A stretch of 64,000 bases of DNA, taken from Callorhinchus milii (lineage: Eukaryota). The stretch is from the NCBI RefSeq assembly GCF_018977255.1, contig NW_024704742.1:79238001-79302000 (forward strand), given 5' to 3'. The notes below the pieces were generated by a model, which worked only from the letters and a program-made list of their open reading frames with translations, searched no databases and had not been told where the DNA came from. The translations under genes and the position numbers were made by a program. This document shows positions 63,276 through 64,000 of the stretch, one piece after another (within the stretch, counting starts at the first letter, position 1; every line of letters starts with the position of its first letter).

Positions 63276-63694
63276 ATATGAAAGCATCCATTAACGATTT
63301 GAAGTACTCCCTAATTTCTTTGTGTTTCCCCTCTGTAATGTATCACTGTGACAAAGTTTCATACTTTATGAAAACAGCACCATTCCGTACATATGTCAAA
63401 CAGACTATCTCACCCAAACTGGATATATCAGGAGAATTTGAAAGCCATATAAATTCTGGTGGATTATCCATCAAGCACAATGCATTGTGTGGATGCACAA
63501 TTATCATAAAGGCATTGTCTAATATACAAACTAAGCAACTAATTGCACTTACATCTGTAGAATAGCAGCAATTGTAATGCCTGGTAGGTAGTGTCGGAGC
63601 CAGTAGAGATTCTTCATGAATGAAATGTTCATTTGGAACAGAAGTTGACATTTCGGTTGAAACACTGAATTAATCAGTATGGTAAACACTCAAC

Positions 63695-63815
63695 TCTATT
63701 TAAAGCAGGAGTGGGGTATTATGTGTGAAAAAGTCAAACAGTGTGAGGTAGCAATAAACAAGCCAAACAAGATGTTGGTCTTTATTGCCAAATTGGTTGG
63801 GTTTAGATTAACAGA
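63695..63815 (+). mobile_element. CR1 remnant
   Basis: KQCEVAINKPNKMLVFIAKLVGFR resembles QC..AVKKANRMLG.I.R.IEYK. Confidence 0.55.
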
Positions 63816-63830
63816 AAGGCATAGGAGAAC

Positions 63831-64000
63831 AATAATAATAATAATAATCCTTGCATTTGTTATAGCGCTTTTCACGTCGGGAGGACGTCCCAAAGCGCTT
63901 CACAGAACACACTATAAAGTGAATTGACTGTATATTTGTGGGCGAACGCGGCAGCCAATTGCGCACAGCAATGTCCCACAAACAGTCGTAGATTGAAAAT
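63831..64000 (-). mobile_element. Young family A SINE, cut by the window edge
   Basis: Near-consensus tail and Deu part. Confidence 0.92.

Overview
This is eukaryotic, AT-rich, CpG-poor vertebrate intronic or intergenic DNA, not a prokaryotic locus. The repeat set points to a cartilaginous fish, probably a holocephalan (inference): tRNA-headed Deu-domain SINEs with L2-type tails, L2 and CR1 LINE fragments, and a Penelope-like foldback element. No intact protein-coding gene is visible. Nearly all ORF-track entries are SINE/LINE artefacts, and only one plausible 69-nt host exon (503-571, minus strand) was found. The most informative structure is a fossil R4/Dong-clade non-LTR retrotransposon (~17.1-20.3 kb). 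It can be reassembled after removing several nested insertions, and its RKEGGRGL codons appear to have seeded an (AAGG)22 microsatellite. Other notable items are the covarying L2/SINE 3' stem-loop, tandem amplifications at SINE 5' and L2 3' ends, a degenerate hammerhead-like core in the Penelope-like element, a 205-bp tandem duplication, an unclassified inverted-repeat family and a hAT-like zinc-finger remnant. I found no convincing novel biological system. Family names come from motif recognition, not database searches, and boundaries of old repeats are approximate.
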